From contig NW_021832280.1 in assembly GCF_006345805.1 (NCBI RefSeq), forward strand, positions 51,890 to 115,889: a stretch of 64,000 bases of DNA. Direction: 5' to 3'. The stretch is from Octopus sinensis. Taxonomy: Eukaryota. The position numbers and the translations under genes are program-made. Below are positions 36,011-47,534 of the stretch, piece by piece (the stretch's first letter is position 1; each line of letters opens with the position of its first letter). Below the pieces are notes generated by a model that saw only the letters and a program-made list of their open reading frames with translations, was not told the origin of the DNA and ran no database searches.

Positions 36011-36131
36011 TCAAATTTGTAACACTAAAACTATTGAACATAAAATTTTGTGAATTATTTGCACTGTATCATCATGTTATGTTAACATTTTCGATCTTTT
36101 CTTTTTTACATCAGAAATAATTATTGCTTAA

Positions 36132-36142
36132 AATAAAATAAA
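36132..36142 (+). promoter_or_regulatory. Candidate polyadenylation signals (overlapping AATAAA) for the PARP gene
   Basis: AATAAAATAAA lies in non-TE AT-rich sequence 1.4 kb after the stop. Another AATAAA is at about 36196. Confidence 0.35.
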
Positions 36143-36639
36143 GGCTGCAAGTTCAAATCTTGTTAAAACTTAATATTCTATATTGTATTTAAAAAAATAA
36201 AACATAAACTTATTTATGGCATGGTAGACATTGCCCTCTGATTTTGGAAATGTGATTTTAAGATGAAAAAATTCTTCCTTCTTACCAAAGCCTTGTTCAC
36301 ATGATCAGACAGAGCCCATCTGGTACACATTAAATGCTTATCAGACACAATTGGTGAAAAAACCAGTGGAGTATTCATGCTTACCATTTTTGAGTAAAAT
36401 TACCAGATAACAGCCACCCTCTTAGTGGTTTAATACTGGGTATTATTAGGATACAGAACACTATTGTCATTACTTTCACCATCTTTCTTGGAATTCTCAA
36501 CTAGTATCATGGAAAATGTAGGGTAATTCTCAAAGTGTTTTTTTACAGAATAGTCTAACTTCCATGTTGCAAAAATTGCTTGCCCTTCGTGATCTTGTAT
36601 GATGGGGGTGAGGTCATCCCAGATTAGTGACCCCAGGAA

Positions 36640-37985
36640 CATCATCATATGTAGAGCCAACCAGGTTCATTAGTACTCCCCACCCCCATTGCTGGTGGTC
36701 CTGTGCCAGCCCTACTGTACATCTTCCAAGGTAACATTGAGTCACTGGAGATTTTCTTTAGCCATATTCAGCTATTTGGTACAGGGTCTGCCACAGACCT
36801 TTCCAGCCTGCAGCTCTTGCATTGAATGGGAGTTAAACTTTGGTAGGATGATCTAATAGGAGATGGAGGACATGCCTGTACAGTGCATGCAAGTCTTTGT
36901 TGGAAACATGCAGGTAACATCTGGTGTTCTCATTGGTTCTCAGGGTTCTGCTTCTGAAGCCATCAATCCTCTTTGCCAAAGTCTTCAAGAGGGGCCTCAT
37001 TTCTGCTCCACAGAGGAGAATGGAGAGGACAGATGCATTGTAGATGTGGAGCTTTGTCTTCTGGGAAATAGAGCAGTAGCACAGGAGGGGGCTTCTATAG
37101 GGAGTACATGACCCCAGTGGCAAGCCCACATCTGCAGTTAATCTCCAGTGTCAGATCTCCATTGTTGGTGACTGTAGAACCCAGGTATATGAAGGAGCTA
37201 ACAAACTCCATGGCATCAGGCCCGGTGTAGAGTGGGGGAGGATCCAGGCCATCTCTGACATGCATCAGCTTGGTCTTCACTCAACTCACGTGAAGTCCAA
37301 GCCTTGTTGATTCATCTCTGTAATTGGTCAGTGTGTCCCTGAGCTGGTCAACTGAGTTGTTGAATAGGATGGTATCATCCACATACTTCAAGTAATGCGA
37401 GAGACCCACTCACAGACCTTGATCATCAGATAAATAATGATACAGTCAAAGAAGTTGAGAGTGACCATGCTGTCCTCTTTGCAAGTCAGAGTCTTTCACA
37501 TTCACCCACATGCATCTCTCCGAACTGCAATAGAGCCATTGGAACAGGGCGGTGATCTTGAGAAGTGTACCAACAAGCTTGAGGATTTTCCAGTGGAATA
37601 TGTGGTTGATGATGGTGATGTAGAGGTGGCAAATCTTTGCAGAACTACCAAGATCTTTCAATGATGAGACAAAGGCAAAAGTACAGTAGGGGGTAAATCG
37701 ATTTGGCATGAATCTGGCTTGATGTAGGCAGAATCTACTTCTAATGGCAGGACAAGCATGGCTGAGAAGGATCCTGGTGAAGAGCTTGCTTGAGATGGAG
37801 AAGAGAGTGATGACTCTGCTGATGAGTTTGTGGCCATTCTTTTTTTTTTTTCTGGAAGCGGAGGATGATGCTCTCGATCCAGTCATCTGGGAGTTGCTCT
37901 GAGACCCATACATGGTTGCTGATGCAGAAAAGAAGAAGTTTGCCAATGTTCAGTGACACGAGGTCCAGAGAACTGAAGTATTTTG
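36640..37985 (-). mobile_element. Decayed RTE-clade LINE of a second family
   Basis: Minus ORFs read PDDWIESIIL, ITLFSISSKLFTRILL, FVSSFIYLGSTVTNNGDL..EINCR and KTKLHIYNASVLSILL. Confidence 0.75.
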
Positions 37986-40135
37986 GATCGCAAGACAGTC
38001 TGTGAGAGAAAAACCGTGATGTCATAGGAGAGAAATGTGTCTTCATGGATGAAGGTGCCCTTGCGTTTAATGATTCTGCAAAGAAAGAGGCTTGGAGATG
38101 CCATTATGAAAGACTGTTGAATGTGGAGAATGAATGGGAAGGAGAGTCTACCAAAGGTTGACCCAGTAGAGGAACCAGCTACCTGAATCGATAGTACCGT
38201 GGGAGATAAAGCAATTGAGGATATGAAGACAGGGAAAGCACTTGGCCCATCAGGAATCACTTCAGAGATGCTTCAAATATCGGGGTGGTGTGGGTTAGGG
38301 TCTTTCACCTGTATCGTAAATCAGGTAGTTCACGAAGGAGTCATACCCAATGACTGGTGTAGCAGCGCCATAATCAACTGCTACACTGGTAAACATGATG
38401 CATTAGATAGGAATAACTACAGGGGTATCAAATTATTTGATCAGGTGATGAAAGTTACAGAGAGGGTCATAGCCCAACTAATTAGGGAGAGAGTTAGTCT
38501 AGATGAGATGCAGTTTGGTTTTGTGCCAGAGAGAAGCACCACTGATGCTACATTTCTGGTAAGGCAAATGCAGGAGAAATATCTTGCCAAAGATAAACCT
38601 CTGTACTTGGCTTTTGTTGACCTGGAGAAAGCTTTTGACAGGGTCCCCTGATCCCTTATCTGGTGGTCAATGTGGAAACTAGGGATAGATGAGTGGATGG
38701 TAAGAGCTGTACAAGCCCTGTACAGGGCTGCTGTCAGTAAGGTGAGGGTTGGCAATGAGTATAGAGAAGAATTTTGAGTAGAAGTAGGTGTTCACCAAGG
38801 ATCAGCCCTCAGCCCCCTCTTATTCATTATAGTCCTCTAGGCAATAACAGAGGAATTCATGACAGGCTGCCCCTGGGAGCTCCTCTATGCTGATGACCTG
38901 GCTCTAATAGCTGAGTCACTGCCAGAACTGGAGACGAAGTTTAGGGTGTAGAAGCAACATCTAGAATCAGAGAGCCTTAGGGTTAACCTAGCAAAAACCA
39001 AAGTCTTAGTAAGCAGGAAGGCTGTCAAATCACAAACCCCTTTGGGTAGATGACCCTGCTTTATCTGTAGAAAAGGTGTGAGTAGAAACCATACAATGTA
39101 CCCAGTGTAAGCTATGAACACATAAAAGGTGTGGAAATAGCAAAGGAAGGTTAAATGGGAAGATAGTTTTTGTGTGTGGCAAATGCTCAGTGGCAATGAC
39201 CACTGAAGAGGGACAAATAACAGATTCCAACACATGCCAGGGGAAACACTAGAAGTAGTTAATAGCTTCTGCTACCTAGGTGACCAAGTCTGTAGCAGAG
39301 GTGTAGCGACTAGAGTAAGAATAGCTTGATGTGTAATGTCAGTGTGTATACACAACAGAGTGTAAGCGCCCTGAAAGGAAATTTGGGCATAAGAAGCTTC
39401 AAATGTGGTGTGCAAGAGAAACAACTGCGCTGGTATGGTCATGCGTTATATATGAATGAAGACTGTGAAGAAGTGCCACTCCCTACCTGTAGAAGGAACA
39501 TGTAGAAGAGGTAGACCCAGGAAGACATGGGATGAGGCGATAAAGCATGACTTTCAAACATTAAGCCTCACAGGCAATGACAGGAGACTGGGACCTTTGG
39601 AGGTGTGTTGTGATTGAGGAGACCCGGCAACTAAAGTGAGATGGCAACCACACATGCCCAGCCCTGTTAAGAATACCCCTGATGCATCGGGAGATATGAT
39701 ATGCTTGAGAAGACCTGTTGAGCCAAGTAAAAGCAATATAGCTAGGGCCGGTGCCCCTGGCTGGCTCCCATGCAAGTAGCATATAAAGGACCATCCAAAG
39801 TTGGTCGATTCCAGGTTCGCCTGACTGGCTCCCGTGCCAGTGGCACGTAAAAAGCACCATCCAAACGTTGTCGATGCCAGGTCCGAATAACTGCCCCCCA
39901 TGCAAAAGGCATCAACCAATCGTTACTAATGTCAGTACCTGCTGAATGGCTCTTGTGCCAGTGACATGTGAAAAGCACCCACTACACTCACAGAGTGGTT
40001 GGTATTAGGAAGGGCATCCAGCTGTAGAAACATTGCCAAATCAGATTGGAACTGGGTGCAGTCGCTGGCTCTCCAGACCTCAGTCAAACCATCCAACCCA
40101 TGCCAGTATGGAAAGTGGACGTTAAGTGATGATGA
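37986..40135 (+). mobile_element. Decayed RTE LINE (RT to 3' UTR and GAT tail)
   Basis: ORF 38199-38651 (KALGPSGI..NYRGIKL..QFGF..AFVDLEKAFDRVP), GVHQGSALSP and LYADD. The tail ends GTTAAGTGATGATGAT. Confidence 0.92.
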
Positions 40136-40139
40136 TAAT

Positions 40140-40207
40140 CTCTCAAGATTGGTATTTAGATAGTGTGTTACATATCCCAGGGTCCCAATAATATATATTT
40201 TATAATA

Positions 40208-40240
<33 letters not shown>

Positions 40241-41450
40241 CAGGAAATCAATATTAGAAAATTCTTCAGAAAGATGTATACATGTGTAAAATAATTGTTG
40301 TATTAAAAATATAAATATATATAAAAATATATGTATAAGTATAAATATATAATAATGACAGTTTAAAAGTTTTGAATTAAGTATTTAAAGCATTTTACGA
40401 TCGTTTCACAGAAGAGTTGTCCCTATAATGGAATCCTATATTGATAAGCATTTATAGACAACTCCTTTGCTCTTCAAAGATATAAAATTTGAATTTTGTA
40501 TAGCATTTCGAATGGTAGTTTTTTTTAAATTTGAAGTAATACTATAAAATGGTGTTTGTTTGAAATTTAAATTAAAATTAAAAATTGCTGCTTTTGATTT
40601 TGGTAAATACATAAATACACTTTAGTATGAGTCTTTAAATCCATATATACTTCCTTGGTTAGTCTTCTGTAATAATCCATAATAGTTATGTGTAAAATCC
40701 ATTATATTGTCTTGTATTCCAAATATAGGATTCCATTATTCTATATTATCAAAGTATAGATAATATAGAATAATGATAAAATAGAATAATTTGATAATAT
40801 AGAATAATGGAATCCTATATTGATAAGCATTTATAGGTAACCAATAATTACAGGTATAAACCTGAACTTGTAATCAGATAGAGTAACTACAGATTTCTCA
40901 ATAGTCCAGTGTAAATATCCTCTTTTTCACTGATCTTCAGTTTTATGTAAATGTCCGCTGTGTAGCTGATTTCTACAACTGTGCACAGTTTCTCTTCTCT
41001 ATCCCAAATCATTATATCAGGTCTGTCGTGTTTACATTTTATTGAGGTTTTCACCAGAACATTCCATCAGTATTCTTTTTTATTATGAGTGGCTATGGCT
41101 TCTTCCATACTGTTGGCTCTTACTTCTTAGACTGACGGATTTCATTATAGTGTCCTAGCTACAACATCATGTCTCATTGGCACATAATACCATGATAACA
41201 TTTTCAGACAACTTATGATGTAGATGATATCTTCAGTGTGAACTCCACAAAATCTGCATCACTTGGTTTTTCCTGCATCTCTATCCCTTTTGTGCATCAG
41301 GTACTTGGTTGATATTTCTTGTTCCTGGATTGCAAAAGCATACCCTTCAAAGTGGGAGGTTTTAATCCGGTTGTTGGTCCATAATAAACTGCTTTGATGA
41401 TCAATGTTACTATCATCACGGAGCTTTCTACTGACATATCTATGTATGTA
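40140..41450 (-). mobile_element. Decayed Dong/R4 3' fragment (CCHC-RLE), interrupted by a 648-bp insertion
   Basis: Homologous to 43100-43750 (RHDVVARTL, KCKHDRPDIMIWD, IIGTLG). Confidence 0.75.
40193..40840 (-). mobile_element. AT-rich non-coding insertion carrying a degenerate hammerhead motif, with an 8-bp TSD
   Basis: TSD CCAATAAT at 40185-40192 and 40841-40848; the homologous site at 43144 is uninterrupted. HHR-like motif at 40392-40481. (ATA)n tail on the minus strand. Confidence 0.7.
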
Positions 41451-41509
41451 TATCTCTTCAATTCTTTAATCATTATAAATCTTCTACTGAGGTGGGAGCT
41501 GGTTTTCAA

Positions 41510-42944
41510 CAAAGATACAGGGTTCCATCTTTGGGATGTATTGTTGGTATGAATATGAATTCATAGTATGGATCTGGAGGTTTGTCCTCTTGTCCTTTGA
41601 TTTTCAAAAAGATATTTATATCTTCAGGGCAGCTAACCTTTATGACGGTACATACCTTTGCCCCTCTGTCCCAAGCAACAAAATCTGACCTGCTATGTTT
41701 ACATTTGACAGAAGTTTTGATGGGAATATTTCATAACAGAGGAATTTTCTAAGTTTATTTCAAGACAGTTATTTTTTTTTGCAGATGGCATTGAAAATTG
41801 TTTTAGCGACAACATTGTGCTGCATAGGGAGGTAGTACCATGAAGACATTTTAAGACAACTGCTAATCACATGCATGATGTCTTCCACTGAAACATGACA
41901 TAGCCTACACATGCGGTTGCACTTTGGGATGACAAGAGCATCACTGTCACTCTTGTTCACCAGGTACTTTGGGGCAATCTCCTCTTTCTGGATTGCAAAC
42001 ACGTAGCCTTCAAAGCATGATGTGATGTAGTGGTCTTCACTCAAAGGCCGTCTGCACTGATTTCAGGCCTCCACCACCTTCATTTCTTCTTAGGTAGAGT
42101 CTGTCCACATCACTGTTTCTTTGGAAGTTCCCGGTTGGTGTCAGGATTTTGCAGGTTTTAATATGTATGGAGTGGATTTCCTCTGCAGACCAATCAAGTA
42201 TCCCAAATGTTGGGGGTCAGCACTGGTATTGCAAATGCATTGTGGGATATTGTTTTGTTGCTAGAGGAGAGTCCTGACTACCATATTGTCCTAAGTCTGG
42301 TGTAACATTCTCAGGTCACACTATTTTTATTCTCAGTGCTTTCATATATGTGCCCTAGGTATTTGTAACATTCTTTATGTGGAATGGGGAGATAGAGAGA
42401 CTGTTGATGCACAGGTTTGGGGTTTGGGGAACTGACTTTCCTCGTTCTATGACCAAATACAAACATTTCTGTTGGCCAAATTCCATGCCTATATCCGCTG
42501 AAAATGTTACTAATTCCAGTTTGTATTTTGGCATTGTCAATGCTTTTAGCATAGATCTTGATGTTGTCTACAAAGAAATTATGAGTTTCATTGATACTTC
42601 TAGCAGTTGAAGATCCTAGTATGTAGCCATTTGTTTTCTGCAGTAGGAACGATTATGGATTCAGTGGCAAAAGGAAAAGAAGTACAGAAAGACCATCTCC
42701 CTGGAATATTCCCTTTGAAATGCCTTTACTATCAGAAATAATTATTGTGTTCTCTGTTGGAAGGGTGAGAACTGTTGTCCATGTCTTTGTGAGTCTCTCT
42801 ACAGAGACTCACAATTAGAGTGGAAGGTACTTTTGCCAGGTGTAGGCACTTCAACAGCCATGAATGAGGGATAGAGTTGAATGCCTTCTTATAGACAAGC
42901 CATACTGTCACAAGATTTCTGTGTTGTTTTCTTATTTCAGACAG
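41510..42944 (-). mobile_element. Dong/R4 fragment; inverted, near-identical copy of 20805-21918 plus a diverged 3' part
   Basis: ORFs 41769-42044 and 42355-42552 almost duplicate ORFs 21706-21954 and 21197-21439. Confidence 0.92.
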
Positions 42945-42959
42945 TACAGCTATGTATTC

Positions 42960-43750
42960 TCATGCATGTAGTTACATACCTAGACATGCTCATAGATATT
43001 CAAAGGATAAACTTCTGGAAAGTTTTACAGTTCCAGTGTTGGACTGGATCTGTAGTCTCCAAATCAGCTTTCTCCTTTCTGGTTTTGAGAAGCCTAATTT
43101 CTCAAGATTGGTATTTAGGTAGTGTGTTATATATCTCAGGGCCCCAATAATTACAGTTACAAACATGATTTCGTAATCTGGATAGAGTAACTGAAGATTT
43201 CTCCATAGTTCAGCTTAGGTATTCTCTTTTCACTGACCTTCAGCTTTATGTTAACATCTGCTGGGTGGTTAATTTCGACAACTGTGCATAGTTTCTCTTC
43301 TCTATCCCAAATCATTATATCAGGTCTGTTGTGCTTACATTTTATTGAGGTTTTCACCAGTACTCCTTTTATAATTATGAGTGGCTATGGCTTCTATCAA
43401 ATTGTGGGCTCTTATTTCTTTGTCCTGGGGATTATTCTTCGAATGGATTTCATTATAGTGTCCTAGCTACAACATCATGTCCCATTGGTAGATAATACCG
43501 TGATGACATTTTCAGACAACTGCTTATGATGTGTGTGATATATTTGGTGTTAATACCACAAAGCCTGCATCAGTCATCACATTTTACTGCTTTTCCTGTA
43601 TCTCTATCCCTTTTGTGCATCAGATATTTGATATTTCCATTTCCTGGATAGCAAACACATACACTTCAAAGTGGGAGGTAATAATCTGGCTATTGGTCGA
43701 TGATGGATTGCTTTGATGATCAATTTCACTATCATCTCAGAGATTTCTAC
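42960..43750 (-). mobile_element. Decayed Dong/R4 3' fragment (CCHC-RLE)
   Basis: Reads KTSIKCKHNRPDIMIWDREEKLCTVVEI..PAD and ITSHFEVYVFAIQE. Confidence 0.8.
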
Positions 43751-43764
43751 AGACATTTCGACAC

Positions 43765-43990
43765 ATCTCTGCATACATGCAAGTATGTAAGTATGTATGT
43801 ACGTTTGTATGTATGTATGCTATGTATGTAAATTTGTATGTATATATGTACGTTTGTATGTATGTATGTACATTTGTATGTATATATGTACGTTTGTATG
43901 TATGTATGTACATTTGTATGTATATATGTATGATGTATGTATGTACATATATATTTTTGTATGTATGTATACATATGTGTATGTATGTAT
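43765..43990. repeat. (ATGT)n compound microsatellite
   Basis: Seen directly in the sequence. Confidence 0.9.
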
Positions 43991-44039
43991 CTGAAAAATA
44001 AAAGAAATTCTAGGAAAGGATACCCTTAGCCATTATCAG

Positions 44040-44404
44040 AATTTCCTTGAAGAAATGAAGGGATTTATAATGACTGTGGGCATATTTGCCTCAGTTTGGT
44101 GGGATTGAAAGGCCATCAATGCAGTCATCTTAAAAAAGCGGTTGCCAGCTACACTGAGTATGAAATGGGAAGGTTTGTAGAAAGGAGTGTGCCTCCTCGT
44201 GAGAACTCAAGCGCCATATGAATATGCACAGCAAGGATGAATCGCAAAAGAGCTCCAATGTCATTCACACTTACCAACAGTGTCATAAAGAATTTAGATC
44301 TTTGGCTGGACTGAACAGTTATGTACGAGCATCACATATGTAGGAATTTCGTTCAGGCGATGACAATACTCGAACACAAATTGGCAGCCATCATGTATGT
44401 ATGT
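44040..44404 (+). pseudogene. Three degenerate C2H2 zinc-finger motifs, probably the C-terminus of an RTE-type LINE with an (ATGT)n tail
   Basis: Reads YNDCGHICLSLVGLKGHQCSH; then, after a frameshift, VCRKECASS*ELKRHMNMH and YQQCHKEFRSLAGLNSYVRASH. It ends GCAGCCATC(ATGT)n. Confidence 0.55.
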
Positions 44405-47025
44405 CATTATTCAGTTTATTTCAAGATGTCTTGCCAATAGAGAAGGAACAGGTTTCTAATCTAGATCCAAAGCTCCTTCATTGGAATTTCAACATCAACA
44501 ATAAGGTATTTTTGTTTGTTTGCATGTATGTATGTTTTATCATTCAACTATGGTAGCAGCTGAATAATATTCTTAACAGAGCTTTTTTGTCAAAGTTGGC
44601 GTCTTCTAAGCAGTCTCACTAATTCAGTTTTAATAGAAATCAAATTTAGTTTGTTAAAGGAAAGAATTCCTTTTGTACCCCACCAAAATCCTCCCTTTGT
44701 TTATTTATTTTATAGAAACCTCCATTTTTGTGCACAGAGACTACAAATCTGGAAAAAAAAATTGGCAAAAATGGGTATTTCAAAATTTCAATCCTCTCCA
44801 CCACCCAATTTCTTCATTTTTGATTTTTTTCCGAAATGATTCTGAAAAAAATTTCCCCAAACTTTTGTAAAATCTCAATAAAAAAAAAAATTACCCTTTG
44901 CAATCTACGGCATAAACATGAAGTTTTGAAACCCTTTTCGCCATTGCACATGCATTGACTGCTATGCTAAAAGTGAAACTCTGGAAGTGGTGTGGTGATG
45001 GGTGGGCGACATAGGGAAAAGTTTTTTGGAATTTTTTTTTAAATCTTTGGTTTTAAAATGCAGTCAGCCTGATTCTGTCATTCGTTTCTCTTTATGATTT
45101 CCAATAACTTTTTAAATACTTTGAAATCAAAATTGGGTGTACATGGCAGAGACGTACCCCACCTACTCCCATACATTAAATAAGCCTTCAAGTAGTCTAT
45201 TCACATGCTAGAAATAACAGCCAAATCTCATACAAACTCTTTTACATATTTTTAAATAAATCTTTTTACATATATGCTTCATATGGCCTAGAAGTCAATT
45301 ATATCGGAAATGTTTGGAAAAAGTTATTCCTAGAGGTGGGGATGAGTTTCAACAAAAATCTCATACTGGTCAGCTTTGTATCTTGGCGATAAAATTTCAG
45401 AGAAATTTCCTGCGGTAAAAAGGTATTATATATATTGTGTTGCAAAAAATTAAAATAAAGTATTCAGTTTTTCACAACTGAAATGGTTGGAAATTTCCTG
45501 TTTTTTTTTTCCTACAAAATAAAACTTGAAGGGGCATTTACAAAAAATGTGAGTACTTTCCAGATCTAGTTTTTTTCCATTCAAAAAAATCTGCTTTTTG
45601 TAGAAGACAGTAAAATAATCTGAAAATTGGCTATAATAATGTAGCATTCCAGTGTCATTGCTTCGAAGATATGATGTTGTGGATAAAAAACTCAGAGAAA
45701 AAAGTTACAGAGGTTTAAAAATCGAAAAACCTGGGTATTTTTTGCCTATAGCGAGACAAGCAGTGTCAACTTTAAGGTTGTACTCTGTGAAATGTAGCAT
45801 CTCACCTGTTCAGTGTAGGTTTGTAAATAAACAGAAATACCTAATAAAATCAACATCTATCATCTGGATTTAGTCTTTCTCATTCATTGATTGTATTTTT
45901 TAAAATTTCTTAAAATTTGTTATATTAATACATTTGTCTGCATGTATTTACTTTAGGTGTATTTCAGTATTATGTATACCTGCCATGTATTTATGTACAT
46001 CATTAATATATAAGTGTGTGTGTGAAAAGGGGACGTCTGTCTCTTTGGAGACACCAAAGTTGAGTAACGTTTTCGTGCTTGGATTTGTAAACTACAATAA
46101 GAATAAATACACTAAAAGCACAGAAAAGGAGTAACACACAGAAGTCCAGAAAAATATGTAATATACTAACACAGAAAAATTAAAACAAAACATGCGGGTG
46201 AAAAGAATCTTGTGGTGTGAAGAATCAATTGTAAAAAATCAACATCGAACAATGTGCGTCACAAACAACAGGAAAGTGGACCACGAACTCGCAGACAACA
46301 GTAAAGTGAACCACAATGCAGCACCCTGTTGTCATGGTAACAAGCTGTTAATGCCACACTGTATGTTGATTGGCTAAAATTACCTAAATTTCCCAGCTTT
46401 AATTCCAAATAACACCAGATTCTTTAATTTACGAGATAAAGTAATTGGTTGATCGTAATCAAAATTCAGAGTTGCATGGATACATCAAAAATGAAAGCAA
46501 TCTGAGCAAAATTAAGGGGGGGTGTGTGATTGAGAAAGACTAGATCCTACTGAAATAACAGCAAAATCTCCAACAAACTCTCTTGACACCCACCCACATA
46601 TGCATGTGATGCACATACAACACGAATTTATTGAAAATATCAAAGAAATTTCATGTTACATACCATTGAAATTTATAGAGAATAAACCTGAGAATTATGT
46701 TTACAATATTGTATACTGGGATCCTTGTATTCCATTGCTTGTTTGACTGAAAATGACAGAAAATGAAACGATATGAGTGCGCATGTACCATACCTGAAAA
46801 GGAAATCAGTTGACATAACAAAACAAAAAAATTAAAAAATAAATGAACACTTTATTGTAACTATTGTAACAGTATTTGCGATAAAATAATGAAGAAAAAT
46901 ATTTGATTGATCTAATCATCTTTCTGCAAAGATTTATATCAGAGAAATTTTTCGTGGTGAAATTGTTTATAAGAGAAATTCGTTTACTAACCAAATTATG
47001 TTATTAAAATGAATGATCTATAACA

Positions 47026-47190
47026 GGCACAAGAGTGGCTGTGTAATAAGTAGCTTGCTTAACAAACCATATGGTTTCGGAATCAGTCACATTGTGTGGC
47101 ACCTTGAGTAAGTGTCTTTTACTATAGCCTCCAACCGACCAAATCCTTGTGAGTGGATTTGGAAACTGAAGGGAGCCTGCTGTCGTGTGT
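47026..47190 (+). mobile_element. tRNA-derived SINE (CORE-like centre) ending in (GT)/(AT)n
   Basis: GGCACAAGAGTGGCTGTG head, GGCACCTTGAGTAAGTG central motif and a microsatellite tail. Confidence 0.7.
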
Positions 47191-47534
47191 ATACATATAT
47201 ATATATATATATACGTGTGTGTATATATATATATATATATAATATATATATATATGTATATATATATATACACGTGTATATATATATATACATCTACTAC
47301 TAATATGAGATGAAGTTTTCTTACAGAAAAAAGTTCAATCAAAAAGTGGCAGCATACTAAAATAACTTCGAAGGTTAAAGTTATAAACAACATATAAACA
47401 AGGGCAAAAGAAAAAGTAAATCCATGCCTATTTTAATCGTCAATTTCCCCATCATATTATATACCCACTACAGAAATACATTTTGCTGAAATCAAGGAAA
47501 GCAAGCCAACAGAATTTTTTTAAATTCTGGTTTT

